This document shows positions 10,113 to 19,893 of a stretch of 40,394 nt of DNA, piece after piece; position 1 is the first letter of the stretch, and the number at the start of each line of letters is the position of its first letter. Location of the stretch: NCBI GenBank assembly GCA_963693555.1, contig CAVOAA010000003.1:1-40394 (forward strand), read 5' to 3'. Both the position numbers and the translations under genes were made by a program. The notes beneath the pieces are model-generated. The model worked only from the letters and a program-made list of their open reading frames with translations, ran no database searches and had not been told where the DNA came from. Source of the DNA: Dehalococcoidia bacterium (GTDB lineage Bacteria > Chloroflexota > Dehalococcoidia > Lucifugimonadales > UBA3495).

Positions 10113-12767
10113 TTAAGTGGTCTCGACGCCGTCCAGATCGAGAATCACGGTGGGGAGGTCTAATTCCCGGAGACCCTTTTCGATCTGCTCCCGGTCCCCG
10201 ACCACCAGTATCTTCAGTTGGTCAGGGCGCACCAGTTCCTGGGTGATGCGGTGGACATCTGCCAGGGTTACGGCCTCGACGCTTGACCGAACGGTCTGGA
10301 GGTAGTCGTCGGGCAGGCCGAACTGGACCATCTGCAAAACCTGTCCCATGACCGCGCCGGGCCGCTCGAAGTTGGCCGGGAAGCTCCGCAGGACGCTCTG
10401 CTTGGCGTTTTCCAGTTCTTCCTCGCTGATGGGTCGATCGCCGCGGACCTCGTTGAATTCTTTCAGTGTCTCGAATACTGATTCCTTGGTGACTTCGGTC
10501 TGGACCGAGCCCCCGGCCAGCATCAGCGACGGGCCACGGAACCACTGGACGTGGGACTGATAGCCGTAGCTGTAGCCCTTGTCCTGGCGCAGGTTCTGGT
10601 TCAGTCTGGCCGAGAACTGACCGCCAAAGGAGTAATTCATCAGCGTTAGCCCCAGGTAGTCCGCGTGGAGTCTGGGGATGGTTGTATGCATTGCGCGGAT
10701 GACCGACTGCGACGCTCCGGGGCGGTCCACCAGATAGATAGTGGCCGTTCCGTTGGATGGCAGTACCTCGGCTTTGCCGTTGACCGAAGGGCTTCCGCCC
10801 TTCCAGGAACCGAAGACTTCTTCGGCTCTCTTCGCAACTTCATCGATACTGACATCGCCGACCACGATGAGGTTAGCGTTGGCCGGCCCGTAATCCCGGC
10901 TGAACTGGCGCACCAGGTCGTCGCGGGTCAGCGCTCCAATGGAATCCTCGGTGCCGGATAGGGGATGCCCGTATCCCGAACTGCCCTGGAACACGAGCCC
11001 GGCCATCAGCTGTTCGGCCACGGCGTTGGGTTCGTCTTTGCCCCGGCGCAGCTCCGTCAGATGCTCTCTGCGGACTCGCTCCACCTCATGGTCAGGGAAG
11101 CTGGGGTTCAATACCAGGTCGGCGGTGAGTTCCAGCGCGGTGGGCCAATGCTTGGTCAGGGTCTCCGCTGAAAGCAGGGTGTATTCACGGCGTCCGTCGG
11201 CTGATATGCGGGAGCCGATGAACTCGAAGGCCTGAGCTATCTCTTGACTGGTCTTGGAATCGGTCCCCTCGGGCAGCATCTGGGCGGTGAACCCGGCCAG
11301 GCCGGGGAGTTGCTCCGGGTCGCGGGAGGCGCCGGCATCCATGAGCACGCCGAATGCCACTATCGGCATTCCCCGTTGTTCGATGACTGATATGCCCATG
11401 CCGTTGGATAGTTTGGTACGGGTCGGAGACGGCGGGGAGAAGACCGGCTCGCTCTTGGCCGGCGGCATGATGGTCCGGTCGACCGTGATCGTGGCCGGCG
11501 ATAGGGAAGGCTCTGGCAGCACTCGCAGCCGTACTTGGTTCTCACCAAGGACCGACTCGGCCACCCGCATGATGTCCTCACGGGTCACCGCCATGTACTT
11601 GTCCAGGCTGGTGTTGATCAGTTCCGGGTTGGAGGAGAAGACGCTGAAATGGTTCAGTTGGTCCGCACGTCCGCCGAACCCGCCGATGCGGGCCAGCTGA
11701 CGGTAATGGCTGGCTTCGATCCGGTTCTTGACCCTGGTGATTTCCTCGTCAGTTGGCGGCTCACGGAGAAAGCGTGCCATTTCGGCATCGGCGGCGGCTT
11801 CCACTTCGGCCAGCTCATGGCCTTCGGCAGCGGTGACCGAGAGCACGCATTGTCCGGCGATCTCAGACGAGTGATAGCGCATGTTGGCGCTCTGGGCGAT
11901 CTGCTTCTCGTAGACCAAAGACTTGTGCAGCCGGGAGGTCAACCCATCGGACATGATGGCCTGGTACATCTCCAGCGGTGCGTCGTCGATGTCGCCTTCA
12001 GGCGGTGTGGGCCAGGCAATATAGGTCCGGGGCAGGGTCACCTTGTCGCGCATCTCCAATTCTATGCGCCCCTTCAACCCAGAATCATGGCGTCCCTTGC
12101 GGGGGACCGACTCGCCCGGTGGCAGGTCGCCGAAGTATTTGTTGACCATCTCCAGCGCATCGCCCATGTTGATGTCGCCGGCGATGGCCAGGCTGGCATT
12201 GGTGGGGGAGTAGAAGCGCTTGAAGAAGTCTTTGATGTCGTCCAGCTCGGCGGCATCCAGGTCTTCTTGGGAGCCGATCGTCATCCAGTGGTACGGATGC
12301 GGCATGGGATACAGAGCCTCTTGGATATGCCAACTGGCCATGCCGTAAGGCCGGTTCTCATAAGACTGGCGGCGCTCGTTTTTGACCACGTCCCTTTGGA
12401 TGTCAAAGCGTTGCTGGTCCAGTGCGTCCAGCAGGAAACCCATGCGGTCCGCTTCCAGCCAGAGGGCCAAGTCCAGGTAGTTGGTGGGGACGTCTTCCCA
12501 GTAGTTGGTGCGGTCGGGGGTGGTGGAGCCGTTGAGGTTGGCCCCGGCCTTTTGCAGCGGCTCAAAATGGCTGCTGTTGTGGTGCTTGGAGCCTTCGAAC
12601 ATCACATGCTCGAACAAGTGGGCAAACCCGGTGCGCCCTATTTCTTCGTCTTTGGAACCCACGTGGTACCAGACATTTACGGCTACTACGGGGATGTTGT
12701 GGTCTTCATGAAGTATCACGTCCAAGCCGTTGGACAGTGTGTGTTTTTCGAAGGCGATGGTTACCAT
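10113..12767 (-). CDS. M16B family zinc peptidase (pitrilysin-like, fused two-half form)
   Basis: Inverted zinc motif HLFEH, NGSTT.DRTNY, VKNERRQ; second half with RLNQNLRQDKGYSYG. ATG 12767 follows a GAGGT RBS. Confidence 0.92.
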   Translation of the reverse strand: MVTIAFEKHTLSNGLDVILHEDHNIPVVAVNVWYHVGSKDEEIGRTGFAHLFEHVMFEGSKHHNSSHFEPLQKAGANLNGSTTPDRTNYWEDVPTNYLDLALWLEADRMGFLLDALDQQRFDIQRDVVKNERRQSYENRPYGMASWHIQEALYPMPHPYHWMTIGSQEDLDAAELDDIKDFFKRFYSPTNASLAIAGDINMGDALEMVNKYFGDLPPGESVPRKGRHDSGLKGRIELEMRDKVTLPRTYIAWPTPPEGDIDDAPLEMYQAIMSDGLTSRLHKSLVYEKQIAQSANMRYHSSEIAGQCVLSVTAAEGHELAEVEAAADAEMARFLREPPTDEEITRVKNRIEASHYRQLARIGGFGGRADQLNHFSVFSSNPELINTSLDKYMAVTREDIMRVAESVLGENQVRLRVLPEPSLSPATITVDRTIMPPAKSEPVFSPPSPTRTKLSNGMGISVIEQRGMPIVAFGVLMDAGASRDPEQLPGLAGFTAQMLPEGTDSKTSQEIAQAFEFIGSRISADGRREYTLLSAETLTKHWPTALELTADLVLNPSFPDHEVERVRREHLTELRRGKDEPNAVAEQLMAGLVFQGSSGYGHPLSGTEDSIGALTRDDLVRQFSRDYGPANANLIVVGDVSIDEVAKRAEEVFGSWKGGSPSVNGKAEVLPSNGTATIYLVDRPGASQSVIRAMHTTIPRLHADYLGLTLMNYSFGGQFSARLNQNLRQDKGYSYGYQSHVQWFRGPSLMLAGGSVQTEVTKESVFETLKEFNEVRGDRPISEEELENAKQSVLRSFPANFERPGAVMGQVLQMVQFGLPDDYLQTVRSSVEAVTLADVHRITQELVRPDQLKILVVGDREQIEKGLRELDLPTVILDLDGVETT

Positions 12768-12879
12768 TTGGAGAAAACCTCGGGTGCTTTGGGTAGGGTT
12801 ATTCAACCCATCTTACGGTGACCCACCGCTGTTGTAAACCAAAATTGACGCTTGGATTTAGCCTTGAATTCGGAATTTA

Positions 12880-12914
12880 AAAACAGGCCCTGGACTCGGT
12901 CCGGGGCCTGTTTT
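12880..12914 (-). terminator. Intrinsic terminator after the PPOX-family gene
   Basis: AAAACAGGCCCTGGAC-tcg-GTCCGGGGCCTGTTTT hairpin with flanking A/T tracts. Confidence 0.8.
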
Positions 12915-12956
12915 ACATCGCCAATAAATGGGCTTTAAGGGCTGAAGATTATCTGA

Positions 12957-13571
12957 TTAACTGCCTTCTTTGTGCTGGTGGTAATTCTCGTCCGTTCGCT
13001 CCGGGATGGGAGAATTGGCCTTGTTTTTCTCGATCTCATCGGCCTCCCAAAGGTGAGAGAATTTCAAGGCCCGGGGGCAGTGGCCATAGGCCTCTTCAAC
13101 CTCAACCAACATCCCCTGCAGGTGTTTGGAATTATCGTCGATCTCATACAGAGACAGTTCGATATTCTGGGCTTCCAGTTCCTCTTTGGTGACTATTGTG
13201 ACCTTGCCGTTGACCCGGACGGTGTCATTGATGCCGGGTATGAAGAAGATCAAACCGATGAAGGGGTTGGTCTCGATATTCTGGTAGGACTGGAACAGGC
13301 GGTTGCCGGCCACATCCGGGAAAAGCAGGTGCTTCTCATCAAGCACTTTCACGAAACCTGGTTTGCCGCCCTTGGGGGAGGCGTCACAGCGGCCATCATC
13401 TGCGGTGGTCGCCATCACGGCGAAGGGCGCGGCTTTGATGAATTCTTGAACGTAGGGAGTCAGGTGGGTCTTGAGCTTGGCCACTGCGCGGTCGGATGGA
13501 GCGCCGAAGGCCGAGTTAAACGTACTATCGCCTACGATTGCGCCGGTGGTGGTCTGTCTAGTGGTCGTCAT
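12957..13571 (-). CDS. Pyridoxamine 5'-phosphate oxidase-like FMN-binding protein (MSMEG_1061-like)
   Basis: FI..APF...AT...G.CDASPKGG.PGFV.V, PD..GN....S..NI..NP..GLIF..PG..TVRVNG, EEAY.HCPRA..S.LW. Confidence 0.85.
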   Translation of the reverse strand: MTTTRQTTTGAIVGDSTFNSAFGAPSDRAVAKLKTHLTPYVQEFIKAAPFAVMATTADDGRCDASPKGGKPGFVKVLDEKHLLFPDVAGNRLFQSYQNIETNPFIGLIFFIPGINDTVRVNGKVTIVTKEELEAQNIELSLYEIDDNSKHLQGMLVEVEEAYGHCPRALKFSHLWEADEIEKNKANSPIPERTDENYHQHKEGS

Positions 13572-13643
13572 GGCAATAAACTCCAGTCGTTGTATGGGAA
13601 CGCCCCAACGGGCCGGGTTGCTCTGATTCTAAAGGCCGGGCCG

Positions 13644-14783
13644 TCAATCAGCAAGGGCAGCTTGCGCCACCTCAGTCATGGCCGCGACCAACCGCCGGCA
13701 GTCCGCTAAGGTCCGAATGCCGAGCCGGATATATTCCGGCAGTCCGAATGATGCGCAGTCCCGGACCACCATGCCCTTGGGCATTAACAGCGAACGCCAT
13801 CTGGCGGCATCGCCGACTTTTACCAAGATAAAGTTGGCCTCGGAGGGCGGAACTTCCAGCCCGAGTGCGCCAAGTTCTTGAGTCAGATACTGCTTGGCTT
13901 CAAACACTGCTTTTCTGGCCTTGGGTAGATAACCGGCATCGTTCAACGCTGAGACCCCGGCCTTTTGGGCCAGGCTGTTGACGCTCCAGTCGGGTTGGTA
14001 TTCCCGCAGCCGGGTGATCACGTCTTCAGAAGCCAGCGCATAACCCAGTCTAAGCGCCGTCTGGGCGTAGTCCTTGGTCATTGACCGCACCAGCATGACT
14101 TCTGGCCGGTCCAGCAATTCCAATGCGTCCCAAGGATGCTCCACAAATGCCAGGTAGGCTTCGTCCACCACCAGCAGGCCGCTGGCATCTTTGGCGGCGT
14201 CGGCTAACCACTCTATCTCGCCACGGTCCAGGTAGACCCCGGTGGGGTTGTTGGGGTTACAAACAAAAATCAGCTCCGGTTGTTTTTCGGCGATGATCTG
14301 GGAAGCTGCTTCGAGGTCCCAACTGAAATCTCCCGATAGGTCCGCCTTGAGATTGATTATCTCCGCCCTGGCCAGCCGGCAAGCGCCGTCGTATTCGCCG
14401 TAGGTCGGGGTTAGCAGCAATGCACTCCCATTATCGGCGAGCCAGACCCGTGTCAGCAGGTGGAATATCTCGGTGGAACCGTTGCCTACTATCACCTGTT
14501 CCATGGCAATCTTCCGCTCAGACGTGGAAAGATGGCTGCAAATGGTCTCGCGTAGCTCCAAACATTCCGGGTCGGGGTAGGCAGCCAGATCGACGCCGCG
14601 CATGGCGTCCCACACGCCTTCCGGGGGGCCGATGGGGCTGATGCTGGCGCTGAAGTCCAAGAGGTCTTCGGCCTTCAAGCCAAGCGCTCTCAACTCGCTA
14701 GGCCCAATGCTCCCATGCACCGGGCGGCGGCTGCGGCGGCGGCTGCGGCTCGCCGCGTTTTCATGTTGTTGCTTTGAAGTCAC
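13644..14783 (-). CDS. cobD: L-threonine-O-3-phosphate decarboxylase (CobD)/HisC-like class I-II PLP enzyme
   Basis: HG, DFSASI.P.G, YPD, GNGSTE, CNPNNPTG, VDEAY, RSMTK, LRLGY; located downstream of cbiB. Confidence 0.75.
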   Translation of the reverse strand: MTSKQQHENAASRSRRRSRRPVHGSIGPSELRALGLKAEDLLDFSASISPIGPPEGVWDAMRGVDLAAYPDPECLELRETICSHLSTSERKIAMEQVIVGNGSTEIFHLLTRVWLADNGSALLLTPTYGEYDGACRLARAEIINLKADLSGDFSWDLEAASQIIAEKQPELIFVCNPNNPTGVYLDRGEIEWLADAAKDASGLLVVDEAYLAFVEHPWDALELLDRPEVMLVRSMTKDYAQTALRLGYALASEDVITRLREYQPDWSVNSLAQKAGVSALNDAGYLPKARKAVFEAKQYLTQELGALGLEVPPSEANFILVKVGDAARWRSLLMPKGMVVRDCASFGLPEYIRLGIRTLADCRRLVAAMTEVAQAALAD

Positions 14784-14796
14784 GATTGGTTGGCCA

Positions 14797-15750
14797 TTAG
14801 AAAATGCTGCCTCGAAGATATGTCAGAGCTAGCGCGATTGCTAGGCCGAAAAAAGCTACTGAGTACATCGAATGGACGGCTTTGCTGATGTCTGACGGTT
14901 CTATGGGCCGTTCGGGTTCGCCCAGGGTATAGCCGACGTCCGGGTCTATTTTTTGGAGTTGTATTCCCAGCGCCCCGGCCATGCCGCTCATGGTCCAGCC
15001 AGCATTGGGGCTTTGGGTCCGGCCGTGGTGTTGCCACATGGTGCGCCAGGCCCTGGATATCTGCTGGCCCGGTAGAAAGCCGCTGGAGACCACCAAGAGC
15101 AGTCCGGCTAGCCGCGCCGGGATCAGGTTCACCAGGTCGTCGAGCCGCGCTGAAGCCTTGCCCACGTACTCGTAGACTCCCCGGTAGCCTATCATACTGT
15201 CCAGCGTGTTGATCATGCGGTAGGCAAGGGCTCCCGGCAGGCCGAATAGGGCGAAGAATAACCAGGGCGCCAGGAAGCTGTCGTTGATGTTTTCCGAGAC
15301 CGATTCAACGGTAGCGGCGGTGGCCTGCTCCGCGGTCAGATCGGATGGGTCCCGGCTGACCAGGGAAGGCATCCTGGCCCGCACCTGTTCCATGTCGTCC
15401 CGGTCCAGATGGCCGCGGATCAAGGCCGCCTCCTTGTGTAACAGACGCACCGAGAAAGTGGTTTTCAATACGGCCGCTCCGACCAAGATGTAGACCAGCG
15501 AGCCGACGTCTTGCAGCCAGAAACTCAGGAAGTAAGCCTCAGTCCCCCAGATGGCAGGCAAGACCAGCGCTATGGACAGGCCAGCCATGATGCCGATGAA
15601 CCCTTTCTTGGGCGACCACCGGACAACGAAGGATATGTGCCTCCCCATCCAGACCGTTGGGTGAAACCGGGTCGGAGGTTCGCCCAATACCAGGTCAAGC
15701 AGCACAGCCAGGGCCAGGACCGCCAGGTCATCAGTTCCGGAAAATATCAA
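14797..15750 (-). CDS. cbiB: Adenosylcobinamide-phosphate synthase CbiB
   Basis: LD..LGEPP..HP.VWMG, LVSRD, VESVSEN..D, YRMINTLDSMIGY, ARLDD..N.IPARL, SPNAGW. Probable TTG start at 15750 overlaps the cobS stop (TTGA); the longest ORF starts at 15786. Confidence 0.9.
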   Translation of the reverse strand: MIFSGTDDLAVLALAVLLDLVLGEPPTRFHPTVWMGRHISFVVRWSPKKGFIGIMAGLSIALVLPAIWGTEAYFLSFWLQDVGSLVYILVGAAVLKTTFSVRLLHKEAALIRGHLDRDDMEQVRARMPSLVSRDPSDLTAEQATAATVESVSENINDSFLAPWLFFALFGLPGALAYRMINTLDSMIGYRGVYEYVGKASARLDDLVNLIPARLAGLLLVVSSGFLPGQQISRAWRTMWQHHGRTQSPNAGWTMSGMAGALGIQLQKIDPDVGYTLGEPERPIEPSDISKAVHSMYSVAFFGLAIALALTYLRGSIF

Positions 15751-16520
15751 AACCGTTCCAATAAGTCGGGCAGCGGCTCCAGCCATCCATGGGTCGCCAG
15801 AGCCGTCGCGACGATTATCACGGTGGTCTCGATGATCTCGTTAGTCGCTCCGTAGGTGTCGCCCGTAAGACCGCCCAACGACTTGGCCATCGCCCATCCC
15901 ATCAACCAGGCCATAACTATGACCCCGAAGAAGAGCCCCAGTCCGGCAAAGCCACCAAGCAGGATAGCTGCGGCTAGAGCGGAGAGTCCCGCCACCGTGG
16001 TAGCTATTTTGATGCCCGCGCCGTGGAAAGGTGACCCAAGACCCTGGGAGCGTACATAAGGAAAGGCTCCCAACAAGACGACCATCGTCCACCGGGACAG
16101 GGCCGGGAAGAGCAGCAAAGCCCACTCTTTACCGGGGCCGGGGATGGTCAACAGTGAGACCAAAGCCGCGTACTTCAATAGCAGGACCGTGACTCCGCCA
16201 ACCACACCGAATGCGCCCACCCGGGAATCGCGCATGATCTCCAACCGGCGTTCCGGAGTGAAGCCACCGAACACGCCATCGCAAACGTCCATCAGGCCGT
16301 CCAGATGGAGACCTCTGGTGACGATGACCATGACGGCCACCAGAAACGCAGCGGTCAAAGGCTCGGAGAACAACCGGCTGGACCCCTCTTCCACGCCCAC
16401 CAATAGCAGGCCCATGAGCAGGCCGACGGCGGGGTAGAAGGCCCGGGAGTTGCTGATGTTCCGGGGGCCGCGGTCCATGTTGCGCGCGAACGGGAATAGG
16501 GTGAGGAAGGTCACCGCCAA
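15747..16520 (-). CDS. cobS: Adenosylcobinamide-GDP ribazoletransferase (cobalamin synthase) CobS
   Basis: FLT..P, GLHLDGL.D..DG, RLEIMRDSRVGAFG, GGLTGDTYGA..E; the start may extend to CTG 16550. Confidence 0.92.
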   Translation of the reverse strand: MAVTFLTLFPFARNMDRGPRNISNSRAFYPAVGLLMGLLLVGVEEGSSRLFSEPLTAAFLVAVMVIVTRGLHLDGLMDVCDGVFGGFTPERRLEIMRDSRVGAFGVVGGVTVLLLKYAALVSLLTIPGPGKEWALLLFPALSRWTMVVLLGAFPYVRSQGLGSPFHGAGIKIATTVAGLSALAAAILLGGFAGLGLFFGVIVMAWLMGWAMAKSLGGLTGDTYGATNEIIETTVIIVATALATHGWLEPLPDLLERF

Positions 16521-16546
16521 GCGGAGGGGATTGAGCCAGAAAGAGA

Positions 16547-17638
16547 TCAGGAGGCGGCCCCTTGATCGTCGTCATCGATCTTTTCGGAGACGCCCGCTTC
16601 GGCAAAGGTGGTCATGTCAGTGAGGCACTTGGCGGCCGCTTCTATCAGGTGCATCGACAGAGTAGCGCCGGACCCTTCGCCCAGCCGCATACCCAGTTCG
16701 AGCAGCGGCTCGAGGCCCATGTGGGTGAGTTCAAGCCGGTGACCCGGTTCCACGGACTGGTGGGAAGCGATGAAACGGTTCGCTGCTTCCGGGGCAATGG
16801 CATGGGCGATCAGCGCGGCGGCGCCGGAGATGAACCCATCTACTATCACAGGACGGTGTCCGGCTGCTGCTCCTAGGAACACTCCAGCCAAGACCCCAAT
16901 CTCGAACCCGCCTACCTTCATGAGGATGTCCAAACCGTCTTTGGAGTCGGGCTTGTTAACGTCGATCGCCTTTTGAACCACTGCGGCCTTGTGAGCTAAA
17001 CCGGCATCGTCCAACCCGGTGCCACGGCCGGTGGTAACTTCAGTGCTGGCGCCGGTGATGACAGATGTGATGGCGCTGGATGGGGTGGTGTTACCGATGC
17101 CCATGTCTCCGCAGGCGATCAGATCGGCGCCTGCCGCAATCATTTCCTGGCAGACCTGGATGCCCGTCTCCAGGCATTGGATGGCCTGTTCGCGGGTCAT
17201 AGCCGGGCCAACGGCGATGTTATCTGTGCCCCGACCGATCTTCACCGAGCGCAGGGACGGATGTTCCGGCAGGTCGGCTGCGACGCCGGCGTCCAGTACC
17301 ACGATATCGGCCCCGGCGTGGGTGGCCAATACATTGATGGCCGCGCCGCCGCCCAGGAAGTTCATCACCATGGCCGGGGTGACGTCCTGCGGGTAAGCGC
17401 TGACGCCTTCTGCCACAACGCCGTGGTCGCCAGCGGCCAAGATAACGGTCTTGCGCCGGATAGCCGGGTTGGCTTCACCGAAGATTCCGGCGAGCTTTAT
17501 AGAAAGCTCTTCCAGGCGGCCCAAACTGCCCAGCGGTTTCGTCAGTTGGTCCTGCCGGGCCGTGGCGGCAGTCATCGCTGCTTCGTCCAGAGGAACTATG
17601 TCTTTTATCGTGCGGTCGATCAGGTCAGATATGGCCAT
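16547..17638 (-). CDS. cobT: Nicotinate-nucleotide-dimethylbenzimidazole phosphoribosyltransferase CobT
   Basis: LTKPLGSLGRLE, AGDHGV..EGVSAYP..VT, GDMGIGNTT, VGGFEI, DGFI, LGMRLGEGSGA. Confidence 0.95.
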   Translation of the reverse strand: MAISDLIDRTIKDIVPLDEAAMTAATARQDQLTKPLGSLGRLEELSIKLAGIFGEANPAIRRKTVILAAGDHGVVAEGVSAYPQDVTPAMVMNFLGGGAAINVLATHAGADIVVLDAGVAADLPEHPSLRSVKIGRGTDNIAVGPAMTREQAIQCLETGIQVCQEMIAAGADLIACGDMGIGNTTPSSAITSVITGASTEVTTGRGTGLDDAGLAHKAAVVQKAIDVNKPDSKDGLDILMKVGGFEIGVLAGVFLGAAAGHRPVIVDGFISGAAALIAHAIAPEAANRFIASHQSVEPGHRLELTHMGLEPLLELGMRLGEGSGATLSMHLIEAAAKCLTDMTTFAEAGVSEKIDDDDQGAAS

Positions 17639-17699
17639 TTAGCCTCTTTGGTTCAGTCCTGACCAAGGTCGGGACGATAATTCAGTCTACAACTAGCGC

Positions 17700-18290
17700 C
17701 TAGAATTCTATGCCGGGTTGGGCTTTGATGCCCACTTGATAGGGGTGCTTGACGACCTGCATCTCGGTGACCAGGTCGGCGTATTCCACCAGGGCTTCGG
17801 GGGCGTTTCGGCCGGTGATGATGACATGCAGCATCTCTGGCCTAGCCTTCAACACTTCGATGACTTCTTGGGTGTCTATCCAGCCGTAGTGCATGGGATA
17901 GGTGAACTCGTCCAGCACAATCACGTCGTACTTGCCTGAGGCGATGACGCCTTTGACGTCCTCCCAGTGGGTCCGGGCCAGTTCGGCAGATTGGTCCAGG
18001 TCCTTGGACCGCCAGGTGAAACCGTCGCCCATGGCCTTCATCTCAATGCCCATCTTCTGGGCGGCGCGTTGCTCGCCGAAGTTGGCGGTGGAGTGTTTTA
18101 TGAACTGATACATGATCACGTTCATGCCCCGGCCCCAGGCCCGCACCACCACTCCCATGGCGGCGGTGGTCTTGCCTTTGCCCTTGCCGGTATTGACGAT
18201 CACCAGGCCCTTATCGATCCTTGGGCCGGTGACTGACTGGGGGCCCGGTTCTGCTTGCGTGTCTTTGTTCTCAGGGGTATCTGTACTCAT
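17700..18290 (-). CDS. cobO: Cob(I)yrinic acid a,c-diamide adenosyltransferase (CobO/BtuR/CobA-type)
   Basis: [58 protein letters not shown]. Confidence 0.95.
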   Translation of the reverse strand: MSTDTPENKDTQAEPGPQSVTGPRIDKGLVIVNTGKGKGKTTAAMGVVVRAWGRGMNVIMYQFIKHSTANFGEQRAAQKMGIEMKAMGDGFTWRSKDLDQSAELARTHWEDVKGVIASGKYDVIVLDEFTYPMHYGWIDTQEVIEVLKARPEMLHVIITGRNAPEALVEYADLVTEMQVVKHPYQVGIKAQPGIEF

Positions 18291-18339
18291 GTTTTATCCT
18301 GACCGACTATGCCGGTTCTATTTAATGGCGCGGTTTTGG

Positions 18340-19701
18340 TTAAGCTTTGGTGCAGGTCTCGACGAACCTTGATGCCAGACCGGGGCGGCTGCCCAGGTGT
18401 ATGTGCACGTAAGAGGCCCAGACGTTGCCGGTGCGGAAACCGTCGGGCCGGTTATCCTGGTCGACTACTTTATAGACTGACTCATCAGCGTCTGGTTGGT
18501 GGGCCAGGGTGGACCAATGGAACTCGTGGCCCCGTACGCGTTGTCCTTTGAGCAGGACTGGGCTATCGGAACATGACTCCACTTCGCGGTACCCCAACGT
18601 CAATCGGCTCTGCGACATGGCCGACTCTGCGGGAATGACACCAATCATGGAGTGGGTCGCGCCTTCCAGGTCGGACAGGCTCTTGCCCAGGTACATCAGG
18701 CCGCCACATTCCGCGTACACCGGCACGCCCTTGGCCACCGCCTGGCGTATGGCATCGTGCATGGGTCTGTTCTCGGAGAGTTGGGAGGCGAACAGTTCAG
18801 GAAAGCCGCCGCCCAGGTAGATGCCGCTGGTTCCGGCCGGCAGTTTCTCGTCTTCCAACGGGCTGAACGGTGCTATCTCTGCACCCCAAGCGGTCAGAAG
18901 GTCGAGGGAGTCCTGGTAATAGAAGTTGAAGGCCATGTCCTGGGCAACGGCGATGGTGGCTCGGGCCGGTAGTGAGTGTCCCGGGTATACACCGGGGGCC
19001 GCCGCGGGTGTCTTGGCCGTCTGGGCCAGTTTCAGGATGGCGTCAACGTCCATGGTCGCTTCAACCTGGTTGATGACGCTGTCGTACCACTTCTGGGCCA
19101 CGGTCCCTTCGACAGTGGGAATCAGTCCCAGATGGCGTTCCGGCTGGATGAACTCTTCTTTTCTGGGTAGATACCCAAGCACCGGAAGGCCGGTTGTTCC
19201 CTCTATCTGAGGTTTGCAGAACTCCAGATGCCGGTCGCTGCCCACGCCGTTCAAGATCACCCCGGCCACGTTCAGGTCAGGGTCGAACTTCTGGAATCCC
19301 AACACCTCAGCGGCCACGCTGCGGGCCACCTTGGCGGCGTCGGCGATCAGGATCACCGGAGCGCCCAATAGCTTGGCCAGCTGGGCGGTAGAGCCCTCTT
19401 CTGTAAGGCTAGAATGGCCGTCGAACACGCCCATGACGCCTTCCACAACGGAGACATCCCGTCCGGCGCTGGCCCGTTGGAACAACTCAAGTACCGTGGG
19501 GTGGTCGCAGAGCCAGGTGTCCAGGTTACGGCTGGGCACGCCGCAAGCCAGTTTGTGGTAGGAAGGGTCGATGTAATCGGGGCCGGCCTTGAAGGGCTGC
19601 ACCTTGAGGCCACGGCGAGTCAGAGCGCCCATGATGCCGGTGGCAATGGTGGTCTTACCCACCCCGGAACGCACTCCAGCTATGACAATGGTTGCGGCCA
19701 T
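18340..19701 (-). CDS. cbiA: Cobyrinate a,c-diamide synthase CbiA/CobB
   Basis: SGVGKTT, FKAGPDYIDP, EGVMG.FDG, ERHLGL, F.FYY, GGGFPE, YAECGGLMYL, GHEFH, SYVHIH. Confidence 0.95.
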   Translation of the reverse strand: MAATIVIAGVRSGVGKTTIATGIMGALTRRGLKVQPFKAGPDYIDPSYHKLACGVPSRNLDTWLCDHPTVLELFQRASAGRDVSVVEGVMGVFDGHSSLTEEGSTAQLAKLLGAPVILIADAAKVARSVAAEVLGFQKFDPDLNVAGVILNGVGSDRHLEFCKPQIEGTTGLPVLGYLPRKEEFIQPERHLGLIPTVEGTVAQKWYDSVINQVEATMDVDAILKLAQTAKTPAAAPGVYPGHSLPARATIAVAQDMAFNFYYQDSLDLLTAWGAEIAPFSPLEDEKLPAGTSGIYLGGGFPELFASQLSENRPMHDAIRQAVAKGVPVYAECGGLMYLGKSLSDLEGATHSMIGVIPAESAMSQSRLTLGYREVESCSDSPVLLKGQRVRGHEFHWSTLAHQPDADESVYKVVDQDNRPDGFRTGNVWASYVHIHLGSRPGLASRFVETCTKA

Positions 19702-19749
19702 TCAGTATTCCTCTGGTCTGGGGTATCTGGTCTGAGGCATCTTGGGCTC

Positions 19750-19755
19750 ATTATA
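19750..19755 (-). promoter_or_regulatory. Putative -10 box for the cob operon
   Basis: TATAAT on the minus strand about 50 nt upstream of the cbiA ATG; no clear -35. Confidence 0.4.
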
Positions 19756-19893
19756 ACTGGCGTCCCGCGAAAACGCAGACAGGTTGATCGGGGAGCAGGT
19801 CAGTCAGCTTGACAGCCCTTGGCCGTTTGGGTCAACCTATCCGGTAATCCCAGTACAATCAGACTACAACGTAAATCAACTGTTGGAGATGTC

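Noticed and set aside
19702-19893. Cobalamin riboswitch upstream of cbiA
   Set aside because: No recognisable B12-box or conserved core, and the likely -10 is only about 50 nt from the start codon.
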